The position numbers and the translations under genes were made by a program. The notes below the pieces were generated by a model that had not been told where the DNA came from, did not search any database, and saw nothing but the letters and a program-made list of their open reading frames with translations. A DNA stretch of 64,000 nucleotides, from NCBI GenBank assembly GCA_964016885.1, contig OZ024746.1:9362001-9426000 (forward strand), given 5' to 3'. The stretch is from Eledone cirrhosa. Taxonomy: Eukaryota. Positions 15,632-29,344 of the stretch are shown here, piece by piece. Each line of letters opens with the position of its first letter. Within the stretch, counting starts at the first letter, position 1.

Positions 15632-16050
15632 TAAAGTGGTCCTTCATCAATGATCTTCCAACCATCATCGGTATTTCTTCGCTTTAAAGACCATATACCT
15701 CCGGTTGGTGCGAGCAACGTCTAAAGAAAGTCGTTGGGACATGTAAATAAAGGGAACAGCGAGAGTGTAAACAAACAAAGATGATGAAGCAACGAAAAGT
15801 GAGGAAGAGCGAGTCAAGTCTAAAAATTTCCATGAATATAAGTTCGGTGAAATCGTGAACGAGAGAGAATAAAGACCATCAAACCTGTTTGGAATGTGAG
15901 CAAGGAAGGAATTTCGCACAGGTCTAACGGGAGGAAGAAGGGGTCTAGTCTGTGAATTCGGTAAACATTAAAATGACATGAGGCCGGACTGGTGACTATA
16001 CGGAATGACCAGTTCTATCCAGTGGAGAACCAACAAACCTAAATGAATAT
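15630..16050 (-). mobile_element. Family D ~400-bp element inserted in (TA)n
   Basis: Reverse-complement homologue of 47960-48425. Confidence 0.8.
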
Positions 16051-16077
16051 AATATATATATATATACACATATATAT

Positions 16078-16290
16078 TGGCAGAATCGGTAGAGCGTCAG
16101 ACAAGATGCTTCGTAGCATAGAGGTACGGCCTTATACGTTCTGAGTAAAAATCCCGCAGAGGTTAGCTTTGCATTTCGTCCTTATGGGGTCGATAAAATA
16201 AAGTACCAGTAACGTACTGGGATCGATTTAATCGACTTTCCCCTCCATCGAAATTGCTGGCCTTGAGCCTATATGAGAAAACATTATTAT
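16078..16290 (+). mobile_element. SINE family 1 (long-tail subtype)
   Basis: ggcagaatcggtagag..ctgagtaaaaatcccgc..ctttgcatttcgtccttatggggtcgataaaataaagtaccag. Confidence 0.85.
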
Positions 16291-16329
16291 TATCATTACT
16301 AGTTGACACTAAAACTGGATATATAAAAG

Positions 16330-16547
16330 GATCGATCGACTTTCGTCAAATCGATCCGAAGAAACAATGTTTTCGTCGGTCTTTCCAGTTGCTAGTACTA
16401 TCTATCGGTTGCAACTCCAGGTAGAAGGAGCAACGTGAAATAAAGTGTCTTGCTCAAGGGCATAACGCATCGCCCGGTCCAGGATTCGAACTCAAAACCT
16501 CAAGATTGTGATTCCAATTCTCTAACCACTCAGTCACACGCCTTCAC
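16330..16547 (-). mobile_element. SINE family 2
   Basis: Closely homologous to 11965-12178. Confidence 0.85.
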
Positions 16548-16769
16548 TGGATATACAACATCACCAAAAGAAAACATTTGAGGCTATCATCAAACCATAT
16601 TAATAATTGCTGTTGAAAGTTTTACCTAATTTCTCACAAAATTACTGAAACTACAAATGGCTTTGTCATCCTAGCTCCTAAAATTGATACAGATACACTT
16701 TAATACTTCCATCATTTAACACTGACCAAACCAATTTTATGTGTACAAATCTAGTTGACGTTAACGATA

Positions 16770-16950
16770 ATTGTTTCTACTTTTGACACAAGGCCAGCAA
16801 ATTACCCAGTACATTACTGGTACTTTATTTTATCGACCCCGTAAGGATGAAAGGCAAAGTTAACCTCGGCGGGATTTGAACTCAGGCCGTAAAGGGACGT
16901 AACTATGCTGGAAAGCATGGCGTCCGACTCTCTACCGATACTGCAATCAC
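16770..16950 (-). mobile_element. SINE family 1
   Basis: Reverse complement of the consensus. Confidence 0.9.
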
Positions 16951-17207
16951 TTATATATCAATATTTCAACTCACTTCGATCCACTGGAGCCACTGGTGTG
17001 CCCCCTTACATCGGCAAATGAAAATGGGAACATCTATTATGTTGATATGGTACTTGGATCCACCAAACTTCTGAAACGGTACAAAAATATGTTCCAAGTT
17101 CAAATCCCATGTTCCTAGCCACTATTTATGATCGGAGGTGCCAATGGAGGTGTTTTTCCAATGTTCTATGAGATATGTCATTTCAGTTCAAGTATTTTTA
17201 CTTTGCA

Positions 17208-17420
17208 GTGGTGGCAGTATCGGTAGAGGGTCAGATGCCATGTTTGCAGCATAGAGTTACGGATCTTTATGATCTGAGTTCAAATCCCACCGAGGTTAAC
17301 TTTGCCTTTCATCCTTACGGGGTCGATAAAATAAAGTACCAGTCACGCACTGGGGTCGATTTAATCGACTTTCCCCTTCCCAAAATTGCTGGCCTTGTGC
17401 CTATATAAGAAACCATTATA
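17208..17420 (+). mobile_element. SINE family 1 (long-tail subtype)
   Basis: Consensus match, B box gagttcaaatccc. Confidence 0.9.
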
Positions 17421-18003
17421 TATTATCATGAACAAACCTCAGAGACATTAAAGTTGTTAGTGTTTAACTAACAAATCCCTTTCTCTCATGGTCAAATCTA
17501 TGTAATATATTTACATGTTATGTCAAGCAGCCATCTAATCATCAGAGAACCATACAACAAACAATGTAACATTGTTTAGTATAAAGCTCTATCTAGCTGA
17601 TTAAATCACATTTCTGATAGAAATGCATCTGATGTATGTATTCCATATACCTCCAAGAAAGCGATTTAACTAAAACCTAAAACTGGGATTTTCTTAGGCC
17701 CCAAAATTTCAAGTAGCAATAAGTACATTTAATAAAAGTTTCATGCATCATAGACAAGGGAAAAACTTTAATATTACACAAGGATCTGATTTATAATAAT
17801 AAAATATATGTATATATAATTACTTAAAAATAGGTGTACATAAGACGTTTCCATGAAATCATTTACATTTCAAAAGAGATTGTTTCTATAACCCTGCTAG
17901 TATATAGCAGTATATGTGTATATATATATGTATGTATAAGCGTTAACCTAATATATCCCTTCCATATACTGTACCGATTGTGTTGTTATTTCTGTTTACC
18001 TTT

Positions 18004-18046
<43 letters not shown>

Positions 18047-18195
18047 ATGATTTCTCACGAATGAAACAGTTCTAGTCCTATAGAAGCTTTTCTATATTTC
18101 TATATTAAATAATTATACCCTGCTTTGTATTGAATACCTTACTTACTGTGGTTACACCCGATTGAACTAGGGATAAACTTATATATATATAATGC

Positions 18196-18276
18196 AGGAT
18201 ATGGCAGCGATAATGAGGGACAGAGACCGCTGGAGAGAACTCGTCCATGGATCTCGGGAATTTTACCCGCCTTAGA
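18196..18276 (+). mobile_element. RTE LINE extreme 3' end
   Basis: atggcagcgataatgagggacagagaccgctggagagaactcgtccatggatctcgggaattttacccgccttag followed by (GATA)/(TA)n. Confidence 0.85.
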
Positions 18277-18447
18277 TAGATATATATATATATGCGTATA
18301 TATGTGTATATATATAAACAAATACTGATATATATATATATATCAGTATTTGTTTATATATATACACATATTGCGCCTCCAACTTCCATTTATACCTATT
18401 ATAACTATATAAAGCGAATCTCTGGTGTAATAAGACATACCTTAAAA

Positions 18448-18613
<166 letters not shown>

Positions 18614-18734
18614 ATATTATATTATATTATATTATATTATATTATATTATATTATATTATATTATATGTATGTATATATTGTGTATATACATGGCCTCAG
18701 ACGGATGGCTGGAACAGGTAAAAGAGTAAAAAAG

Positions 18735-18766
<32 letters not shown>

Positions 18767-18785
18767 TATTATATTACATTATATT

Positions 18786-19620
18786 ACGTCCCTTTACGAT
18801 CTGAGTTCAAATCCCACCGAGGTTGACTTTGCCTTTCATCCTTACGGGGTCGATAAAATAAAGTACCAGTAATGCACTGGGTAATTGCTGGCCTTGTGCC
18901 TAAAGTAGAAACAATTATATTATATTATGTTATATTATATTATATTATGTTATATTTTATTATATTATGTTATGTTATATTTTATTATATTATGTTATAT
19001 TATATTATGTTATATTTTATTATATTATGTTATATTATATTATATTATGTTATATTATATTATGTTATATTTTATTATATTATGTTATATTATATTATGT
19101 TATATTTTATTATATTATGTTATATTATATTATGTTATATTTTATTATATTATGTTATATTATATTATTTTATGTTATATTTTATTATATTATGTTATAT
19201 TATATTATGTTATATTTTATTATATTATGTTATATTATATTATATTATGTTATATTATATTATGTTATATTTTATTATATTATGTTATATTATATTATGT
19301 TATGTTATATTATATTATATTATGTTATATTATATTATGTTATATTTTATTATATTATGTTATATTATATTATGTTATATTTTATTATATTATGTTATAT
19401 TATATTATGTTATATTTTATTATATTATGTTATATTATATTATGTTATATTATATTATGTTATATTTTATTATATTATGTTATATTATATTATATTATGG
19501 TCTTAGTTCAAATCCCGCTGAGGTTAACTTTGCCTTTCATCCTTACGGGGTCGATAATATAAAGTACCAGTAATACACTGGATAATTGCTGGCCTTGGGC
19601 CTAAAGTAGAAACAATTATA
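18786..19620 (+). mobile_element. Two 5'-truncated family 1 SINEs separated by a ~580-bp (TTATA/TTATG)n pentanucleotide array
   Basis: SINE 18786-18914, array 18915-19497, SINE 19500-19615. Confidence 0.9.
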
Positions 19621-20475
19621 TTATATTACATTATATATATATGCTGCTAGAGATGTGTGTCACATCGATGTCGTACCTCTCAAGACTTATATGTAATCTA
19701 CTACACAGTCAGCATACATAAGTATATCACGTGAAAGTGGAGGTGTGCATGCATTTGCATGTTATCTATTTAAGGTTATCAGCACTATTGTATAGGTATA
19801 TATTTCATTCTCTCTCACTCCCTCTCTCACCCAATCCTTACATAAACATAACACTCGCAGATAGACGTGCACACATGTGTCTGTGCGTGCTTATGATTGT
19901 GTGTAAGCCAGTGTTTAACCCCAAGTAAGATCTGACCGAGAAAAAGCTATGATCAAAAATATTCCGGTTATGAGCACGTTGTCTTTCTTTATCAGTTGTG
20001 TGGTAACTGGTAGAGTTGAGTTATGAGAAACATGAGTTAATATCTGCCTGCCTGCCTGTGTGTGTGCGTGTGTATTTGTGTGAGTGCGTGTGTGCGTGTG
20101 TGTGTGTGCGTGTGTGTGTGTGTGCGTGTGTGTGGGTGTGTGGGTGTGAATACGCGTGTGTGTGCGTGTGTATGTGTGTGTGTGTGTGTGCGTGCGCGTG
20201 TGGGGGGGGGGTGTTTGTACGCGCGTGTGTGCGTGTGCGCGTGTGAGCGTGTGCGCGTGTGTGCGTGTGCGCGTGTGTGCGTGTGCGCGTGTGTGCGTGT
20301 GCGCGTGTGTGCGTGTGCGCGTGTGTGCGTGTGCGCCCCAAGAAACTCTATGGTACTATTAGTTTAAATGAAAATTCTACTAGTCTGAGAGAGAGGACAT
20401 TTTAATTATAAGAGATGATAGATACCCCTAGCTCAAAATATACTAGCTCTAAACTAATAATTATATATATATGTG

Positions 20476-20525
<50 letters not shown>

Positions 20526-20561
20526 TGTGTCTGTATATATATATATATATATGTATGTATT

Positions 20562-20599
<38 letters not shown>

Positions 20600-20601
<2 letters not shown>

Positions 20602-20913
20602 AAGATGAAATCGAAAATGCAACTGGAGTCTTATTTTTTTTTAAATATATATATTTATTTGGTTCCTTTGCCGGTTTCGCAGTTCATCTGCTTTTCAAAA
20701 GTAGAGTTGAGTGAGAAAAACCACAGACCCTCCATCTCAACTCACCTTTTGAAAAGCAGAAGAACTGCGAAACCGGTAAAGGAACCAAATAAATATATAT
20801 ATTTTTTTTTAAAATAAGACTCCAGTTGCATTTTCGATTTCATGTATTTATTCTTTATACTTTCACTCCTGTAGGACACCTCGGTTATTTTTCATTTTGT
20901 AAAAAAACCTCAC

Positions 20914-20920
<7 letters not shown>
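20600..20920. mobile_element. Family F PLE-like element, inverted pair inside (TA)n
   Basis: 20600-20710 is an inverted partial copy of 20735-20845. Confidence 0.85.
20745..20782 (+). ncRNA. Minimal type I hammerhead ribozyme, U3-A8 variant
   Basis: CCUU-UUGAAAA-GCAG-AAGAA-CUGC-GAAA-CCGG-UA-AAGG: 4-bp stem I, 4-bp stem II, palindromic stem III (ACCGGU), GUA cleavage triplet. Confidence 0.8.
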
Positions 20921-20999
<79 letters not shown>

Positions 21000-21154
21000 A
21001 TATAGTTAGTTAGTTACTTCCACAACAAATTAGCAAACCATAGTCGAGGACGCGCGATTAACCTAACGGATCTTCATTCAACCCGAGTGAAGACCTGAGA
21101 GCAGAAGTGTCATTATATATATATATATCTATATATATCCTGAGAGAGAGAGAG

Positions 21155-21246
<92 letters not shown>

Positions 21247-21794
21247 TAAGGCTTACATTATCGAATGTGTCCAGTGAGGCATAATATGAGAAAGATATTT
21301 AGCTGTTGCATCTAGCAAATAATGCGACCATGTGAAGACTTCCCTGATTTGGACAGGTGGATGTATGGCTGGATGGACACATCTTAAATTAAAAGGTTAC
21401 TCTATGGTGCAGTATTTACCGTATGGTGGATACATGGATGGTTGGTGAAGTGTAGAAACGACAACAATGACAGCATAGATGTATTGATGGACTATAGGTG
21501 GAAGGAGGGAAGGAAGGAAAGAGGAGATATCGATGAAGAGATGAATGTAGAGGTGGAGGGAGTGAAAGATGTCCGATTGGTTCGTTAGAATAATGGAGGA
21601 TGGGAAGGATGGGCTGATGGTTGGATGGTTGTGTTGATAGATATATGTTGATAGACAGTTGAACAGATGGACGGGTGGATGGTTCATTGAATGGATAAAT
21701 AGAGGGGCTGTGTTGAGTGACATGAGTATGGCTGGATGGATAGGTGGATAGAGTTGGACGGATATATGGATAAATGGAGCGGTGTTAAGAGATG

Positions 21795-22660
21795 GGTGGA
21801 TGGAGGGCTGGGTGGATGGAGGGCTGGGTGGATGGAGGGGTGGGTGAATGGAGGGCTGGGTGGATGGAGGGCTAGGTGGATGGAGGGCTGGGTGGATTAA
21901 TAGAAGGGTTAAAGAGTGGATTAATAGAAGGGTTAATGGGTGGATTAATAGAAGGGTTAATGGGTGGATTAATAGAAGGGTTAATGGGTGATTAATAGAA
22001 GGGTTAATTGGTGGATTAATAGAAGGTTTAATGGGTGGATTAATAGAAGGGTTAATGGGTGGATTAATAGAAGGGTTAATGGGTGGATTAATAGAAGGGT
22101 TAATGAGTGGATTAATAGAAGTGTTAATAAGTGTTTAATAGAAGGGTTAATTGGTGGATTAATAGATGGGTTAATTGGTGGATTAATAGAAGGGTTAATG
22201 GGTGGATTAATAGATGGGTTAATTGGTGGATTAATAGAAGGGTTAATGGGTGGATTAATAGATGGGTTAATTGGTGCATTAATAGATGGTTTAATGGGTG
22301 ATGAATAGAAGGGTTAATGGGTGGATTAATAGAAGGGTTAATGGGTGGATTAATAGAAGGGTTAATGGGTGGATTAATAGAAGGGTTAATGGATGGATTA
22401 ATAGAAGGGTTAATGGGTGGATTAATAGAAGGGTTAATGGGTGGATTTATAGAAGGGTCAATGGGTGGATTAATAGAAGGGTTAATGGGTGGATTAATAG
22501 AAGGGTTAATTGGTGGATTAATAGATGGGTTAATGGGTGGATTAATAGAAGGGTTAATGGGTGGATTAATAGAAGGGTTAATGGGTGGATTAATAGAAGG
22601 GTTAATGGGTGGATTAATAGAAGGGTTAATGGGTGGATTAATAGAAGGGTTAATGGGTGG
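21795..22660. repeat. Minisatellite: a 16-bp unit (gggtggatggagggct) grading into a 24-bp unit (gggtggattaatagaagggttaat)
   Basis: Direct reading, about 30 copies of the 24-mer. Confidence 0.95.
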
Positions 22661-22927
22661 ATGGATGGACAGAAGGATAGAGTGGATGTATGGCTATTTG
22701 GAGGAATGAATTGAGAAGTGGGTGAATTGGTGTGTATAGATAGATTGATGTAAAGATAGATGAAAGAAGGGGTTGATGGAGCAATAAATGGATGGATAGA
22801 CAGAGGGATGGACAAACGGATGGACGAACGAATGGATGGATGGATGGATGGATGGAGGGTTGGATGGATGGATCCAAAGATGGACGAATGGATGGATCCA
22901 TACATGGATGACATGCATGAATAGATA

Positions 22928-22968
<41 letters not shown>

Positions 22969-23473
22969 GTGTACAGGTGCATGAATGTATGGATAGATGA
23001 CAGATTGTTTATACTTAAATATGGATTGACAGATGAACGGAGAGTTGCAAGGCTGGATGAACTGATGAGCGTTGTGGGTGTATGTATGGATAAATGTTCG
23101 GTTGAATAGGCACGTGTACACATTGGAGTGGAATAAATTGTGGGATGTGTGGGTGGAAGGATGTGTGAAAAGAGAGTTGGGTACAGATATAGTTGAACAG
23201 ATGAATGAAAATAGGAAATGATAGAAGGACGAACGGACATACAGGTTTATATATGCATTCGCTGCGAGATTTTCTGCATGGATGTTAGTGTGTGCGTATA
23301 TGCGTATATACGTTTGTCTGTCTATCTATTCCTCTCTCTCTCTCGCTCTCTCTCAATCTGTCTCCCACTCCCTAACACACAGACACACATGCATATATTT
23401 ATATACATATATACACATACATACACATACATACACATACATATATACATGCATAATTATACACACACACACA

Positions 23474-23601
<128 letters not shown>

Positions 23602-23605
23602 TATT

Positions 23606-23640
<35 letters not shown>

Positions 23641-24145
23641 TTATATCTATATTTATATATATTTATATATATATATATATATATATATACATACATACAT
23701 ACATACACATACACACACGCACACAGTTATAAATTCATATTCAGGAATTAAAACAATCATACACATACACACACGCATATATATGTGTGTGTGTGTATTA
23801 TATATATATATATATATAAAATACACACTCACACATATATATGCGTGTGTGTATGTGTATGATTGTTTTAATTCCTGAATATGAATTTATAACTGTGTGC
23901 GTGTGTGTATGTGTATGTATGTGTGTTAGCGTGAATGTGTATGTTTGCCTGTTGCATCAATTATTTATACATATATGTGTGTATGTGTTGTGTGACACTC
24001 TCTTGTTAGAGTTTGTGTGAAATTGTAAGAAATGTGTTACATTTAATTATAAATGTGAAGAAAACAGCATATATAAGAATTGTACCCAGCAATTTGTTTA
24101 ATAAGTCTGGTTTTAACGTCTGTGTGTGTATTAGCACGCCTGTTG

Positions 24146-24180
<35 letters not shown>

Positions 24181-24227
24181 CTTTCTCTCTCTCTCTCTCT
24201 CTCTAACACACACTCTCTCTCTCTCCG

Positions 24228-24263
<36 letters not shown>

Positions 24264-24277
24264 TCTATCTCTCTCTT

Positions 24278-24317
<40 letters not shown>

Positions 24318-24471
24318 ACACACTCTCTCTCTCTCTCACTCTCTCTCTCTCTCACACACACTCTCTCTCTCCCTCTATATATATATATACATATATATAT
24401 ATAAATATATATATATGTGTGTGTATGTAATATATATATATATAAATATATACAAATATGTATATATATAT

Positions 24472-24564
<93 letters not shown>

Positions 24565-24915
24565 TATATACATTACATATGTGTGCGCGCCTGTGTGTGT
24601 GAGCGTGAATGTGAGTGTATACATACACACTAGCCTTTGGGACTTGGATATACATGTAAGCATGTGAAAATGTTGGAGTCTGTGTGTTTGGCATCATAAT
24701 ATATATTATATATTCGCATTTCTGTGTTTATATACAAACTGTAAAACAGAAAATGGTCCTTAACAGTGATGGCATCGTAGAAAGGGGGCCTGACACACGG
24801 TGTGTCTTGGCTGTTATAAAGAATGACAACCGAAGCTTAATTCAGAAGAGTGAGCAGGTGCAAATCCCGAGACATCTTAATTCTGAAGTCTTTAGGAATC
24901 CGCCGATTCGCCTAG

Positions 24916-24981
<66 letters not shown>

Positions 24982-25256
24982 TGTGTGTGTGTGTATTTCT
25001 AGTAATTGTTTTTACACGAGAGTGAGTTTGCGATCAAGCGCCTGTGATAGTCTCTGGCTTATATGAACATTTTCAGTGCACGTGCACGTGATCTGCATAG
25101 AGCCCCATGTATGTTTGCGCATTCACACAAACACAGATTTTAAATGTGTGTTTATGAGTGTGTTTGTGTATCTATGTGTGCACGTGTGGGCGAGCGCGTT
25201 TCTACTTGCATATAATATAATATAATAATATAATATAATATATAATATATATTATA

Positions 25257-25322
<66 letters not shown>

Positions 25323-25488
25323 TATATATATGTATGTATGTATATATATATATGTGTGTGTGTATAAATACATATATACATATAACAACAAAGTGAGACA
25401 CACACAAAAACACATACATTTTTATATTTATATTTGTATGCATATAAAGATACGTATATATATATATATATAAATATATATATATAAA

Positions 25489-25546
<58 letters not shown>

Positions 25547-25796
25547 GGTGGCTGCCAACTCGTTTTCGAGTACGGCCACTACTTTATATCCATGTAGGAG
25601 AACCTTACCGATGCGCTGAACGAGTGTGACATTTTAGTCCAGCCAGCGACTTGAAAACTCTGGTACAAACACTTCACTTGTGACAGTTATTGACACATAG
25701 TGCTGGGCCCATGGTACCATGTGACGACAAGTATATATATACATATTATACATAACCCTAATCATGACAACCAATTGAAGAGAGGGAGAGAGAGGA

Positions 25797-25856
<60 letters not shown>

Positions 25857-25890
25857 GAGGGAGAGAGAGAGAGAGAGAGTAAGAGATAGG

Positions 25891-25947
<57 letters not shown>

Positions 25948-25980
25948 AGAGAGAGAGAGAGAGAGAGAGGGGGAGAGAGA

Positions 25981-26166
25981 GACAGGGAGAGTACGTAAAT
26001 CTCAGTAAGTTGTTACAAGTAACAAATCATTCAATTGAAATATTCTTGCAATGACTTTTGTAAAAGTTGTAAGTTGTTGAGGTTTAGAAAGTCATTGCAA
26101 GAATATTTCAATTGAATGATTTGTTACTTGTAACAACTTACTGAGATTTACGTACCTCTCCCTGTC
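25981..26166. repeat. Fold-back: ~78-bp inverted arms extended by flanking (GA)n and (TC)n
   Basis: gacagggagagtacgtaaatctcagtaag...atgacttt / aaagtcat...cttactgagatttacgtacctctccctgtc. Confidence 0.9.
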
Positions 26167-26211
<45 letters not shown>

Positions 26212-26324
26212 TTATATATGAATATATATATGTATATATATATATGTATATATATATATACATATATACACATATATATATATATATATTCATATATAAA
26301 TAGAGGGAGAGAGATATATATATA

Positions 26325-26515
26325 TAGGAAAATGTATGACCCCCGACGGCAGAGCTCAAGCCGTTTCGACGGCTATTTCTGGGTCCAGAAATAGCCGTCG
26401 AAACGGCTTGAGTTCTGCTGTCGGGGTCATACATTTTCCTATTACCTACTCTACTACCCTAATTACGCTGGTGCGTTATGGTCCATCTGGTTCCTTACCA
26501 CAATTCCTTCGTTAA
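26325..26515. mobile_element. Family E element with a ~55-bp fold-back
   Basis: aggaaaatgtatgacccccgacggcagagctcaagccgtttcgacggctatttctgg / ccagaaatagccgtcgaaacggcttgagttctgctgtcggggtcatacattttcct. Copies at 15460, 30710, 38930, 42522 and 52083. Confidence 0.85.
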
Positions 26516-26827
26516 ATATCTATATAATAAATCAAGAAAGAAGAGTGGACATGGTTTGCTATACAATAACGGCTGAATAAAGCCCTTATTGTATAGCAAA
26601 CCGTGTCACTCTTCTTTCTTGATTTATCATTACTCCAAGTGGTAAACTACATAGAAATCACCGCGTACTCGCAGCATCACTATGGAAACGTCTTGTTGAG
26701 TCAAACTTACCCAAGCGTTAATACTATCCACTACTCGAGTACCCTAACTGGACTACATCTAAGTAGACTAACCTATAACAATAATTTGTTATCCCGTATG
26801 TATATATATATATATATATATACATAC

Positions 26828-27004
<177 letters not shown>

Positions 27005-27141
27005 CACACACATTGTGAACAAATTCATAAACTCCATGAACTGTTCTCTGCTGAGTAAACCTGTTGGTTGTTCAATGGAATTCTCTGCACAATATGGATG
27101 AAAATGTATATAACTACGACTCGGTTGTGGAATTATACAGC

Positions 27142-27544
27142 GGTCAACCAGACACCACCCTCTCATGGCAACAGAGGTCAACCACACACCACCCTCTCAT
27201 GGCAACAGAGGTCAACCACACACCACCCTCTCATGGCAACAGAGGTCAACCGCACACCACCCTCTCATGGCAACAGAGGTCAACCACACAGCACCCTCTC
27301 ATGGCAACAGAGGTCAACCACACACCACCCTCTCATGGCAACAGAGGTCAACCACACACCACCCTCTCATGGCAACAGAGGTCAACCACACAGCACCCTC
27401 TCATGGCAACAGAGGTCAACCACACACCACCCTCTCATGGCAACAGAGGTCAACCACACAGCACCCTCTCATGGCAACAGAGGTCAACCACACACCACCC
27501 TCTCATGGCAACAGAGGTCAACCACACAGCACCCTCTCATGGCA
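27142..27544. repeat. Minisatellite, ~34-35-bp unit caccctctcatggcaacagaggtcaaccacaca(g)c, about 12 copies
   Basis: Direct reading, no spacers. Confidence 0.95.
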
Positions 27545-27823
27545 CTTTAGTTATATAATTTATTGGCCGTGTAAAAAGGTTATAACAAGAAGATAGAAAT
27601 GTGTAACAAACAACAAATTAAAAAAAAAATTCAAACAACAAAAATTCCCCAATAGGGGGGAAATTTCCGAGGGTCACTCGTGGCGAAAATGACACAAATG
27701 ACCACAGCCACCCTGACCACCAAAAGGAGGATTTATCTTCATTACTTTTATTGAGCAGTGACGCGCGTTTCGCTATCGATCAGCTCAAGGTTCGATCTGT
27801 AGATATATATCTGTAGATACAAT

Positions 27824-27886
<63 letters not shown>

Positions 27887-28604
27887 GTGTGTGTGTATGT
27901 GTATATATATATATATTAGTGAAAATTTGTCAAATTCCAGCTCGCCAACGTAGGCAGGCAACGCAGTCACATGATTTTCTAGAATTAACATGAAAATCTT
28001 CTCCATTTACATCGATCCATTTAAAAGAAGGGAAGCACAAGTTAGATAGTTTATCCCTAAAAAGACGTCATTGCGATTGGATTGTTTCTGACCATGATAG
28101 TGTCTCATCTGGGTTGGCCTAGGGTTAATAAATGACACAAATTAAACAAGTACACTTTTAAAACATTAGACAATGTAATAACTGATATACAAAAAGACGG
28201 GATGATCATGACTGGAACCTCTTTGTCCAGAGATTTGCATGATACAATAGAGATGTATTATATCCTGGAGTGCACAGGTGAAACTCCGGAGGAACAAGTA
28301 TCTTTACTTAGCCATAATGGCGGCAATAGCTTTGAACGTCCAATATGTCTTGGATTGCAGGATTGATTATAATGAATAGCCGCGTGATATCTCACTTAAC
28401 TGCACTTAAATTCTCGCATTTACTAATAAATAGTCCTCTTCAAATGCTATTGGAATAATTCATAGTAAAACATTGAATGTCTTTAAACCTTTGGAGACCA
28501 GGATTATTATGCCATATATACCAGAATTATCGATATGTAACTACCGTAAAAATTGGGAAATTTATGGTTTGTATAAGAGAAACTCTACACTACATGTTGA
28601 TTAT

Positions 28605-28825
28605 TGGTATCTGATTTAGACACAAAGCCAACAATTTTGGAGGATAGGATAGTCGATTAAATCGGCCCCAGTGAATTACTGGTACTTTATTTTATTGACC
28701 CTGTAAGGATGAAAGGCAAAGCTTAACCTCGGCAGGATTTGAACTCAGATCGTTAAGGGTTGTAACCCTCTTCCATAAAGCATGTTGCCCGAAGCTCTAC
28801 TGATAATGTCAATCCACCGCCCTAA
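28605..28825 (-). mobile_element. SINE family 1, diverged
   Basis: Consensus match. Confidence 0.8.
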
Positions 28826-28864
28826 CTAAATGACACAATATTGATTAAAGATAAGAATGGTATT

Positions 28865-29344
28865 TCAATCATATATTTTTATGATGTAATTGCATAAACG
28901 ATCTTGCTGTCCCGCGGTGGTAAGCCCCTCATTTATGACGCAGCATACAGTGAAACCTTCTTCAGTGGTAACCTCGTGCAATCGGCGATAGTCTCTGACA
29001 TCGTTTCCCGACAAACCGATCATCACAAGCTGTCGAATTATCGATAGTTCGCCAATAAGTTTACGCTGAATGTGTGGCGATGGGGACTTCTGTTATTCTT
29101 GGTCCCTAAACCATGATACTACAATCGGGGTGTAGTTGGCCAATACAGGAGTGAGTCGCGCAAGATATAATGGATCTTTAAACGCGTCTCTCTTGCCATT
29201 CTCCGGAAAAACGCTGGGACCACGAGGTATCAAACGCCTGGGCTTCTGCGGGCTAGAGAGCCCTCCCCTAGCAACGTCAAAGCTCGTATCATTGGCAAAA
29301 TAACGTTTGAGCACCCTTCCATCATTTAGTATTTTGTTAGACAT
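28865..29344 (-). pseudogene. Unidentified 160-codon reading frame interrupted by a single TAA
   Basis: The 83-aa ORF (29344-29093) continues in frame for ~75 more codons to TGA at 28865-28867. The sequence is non-repetitive and richer in GC/CpG than its flanks. No homology recognised. Confidence 0.3.

Noticed and set aside
21900-22660. Telomeric repeat
   Set aside because: GGGTTA occurs once per 24-bp unit, not as tandem TTAGGG.
27142-27544. CRISPR-like 34-35-bp repeats
   Set aside because: The units are contiguous with no unique spacers, there are no cas genes, and the context is eukaryotic. This is a minisatellite.
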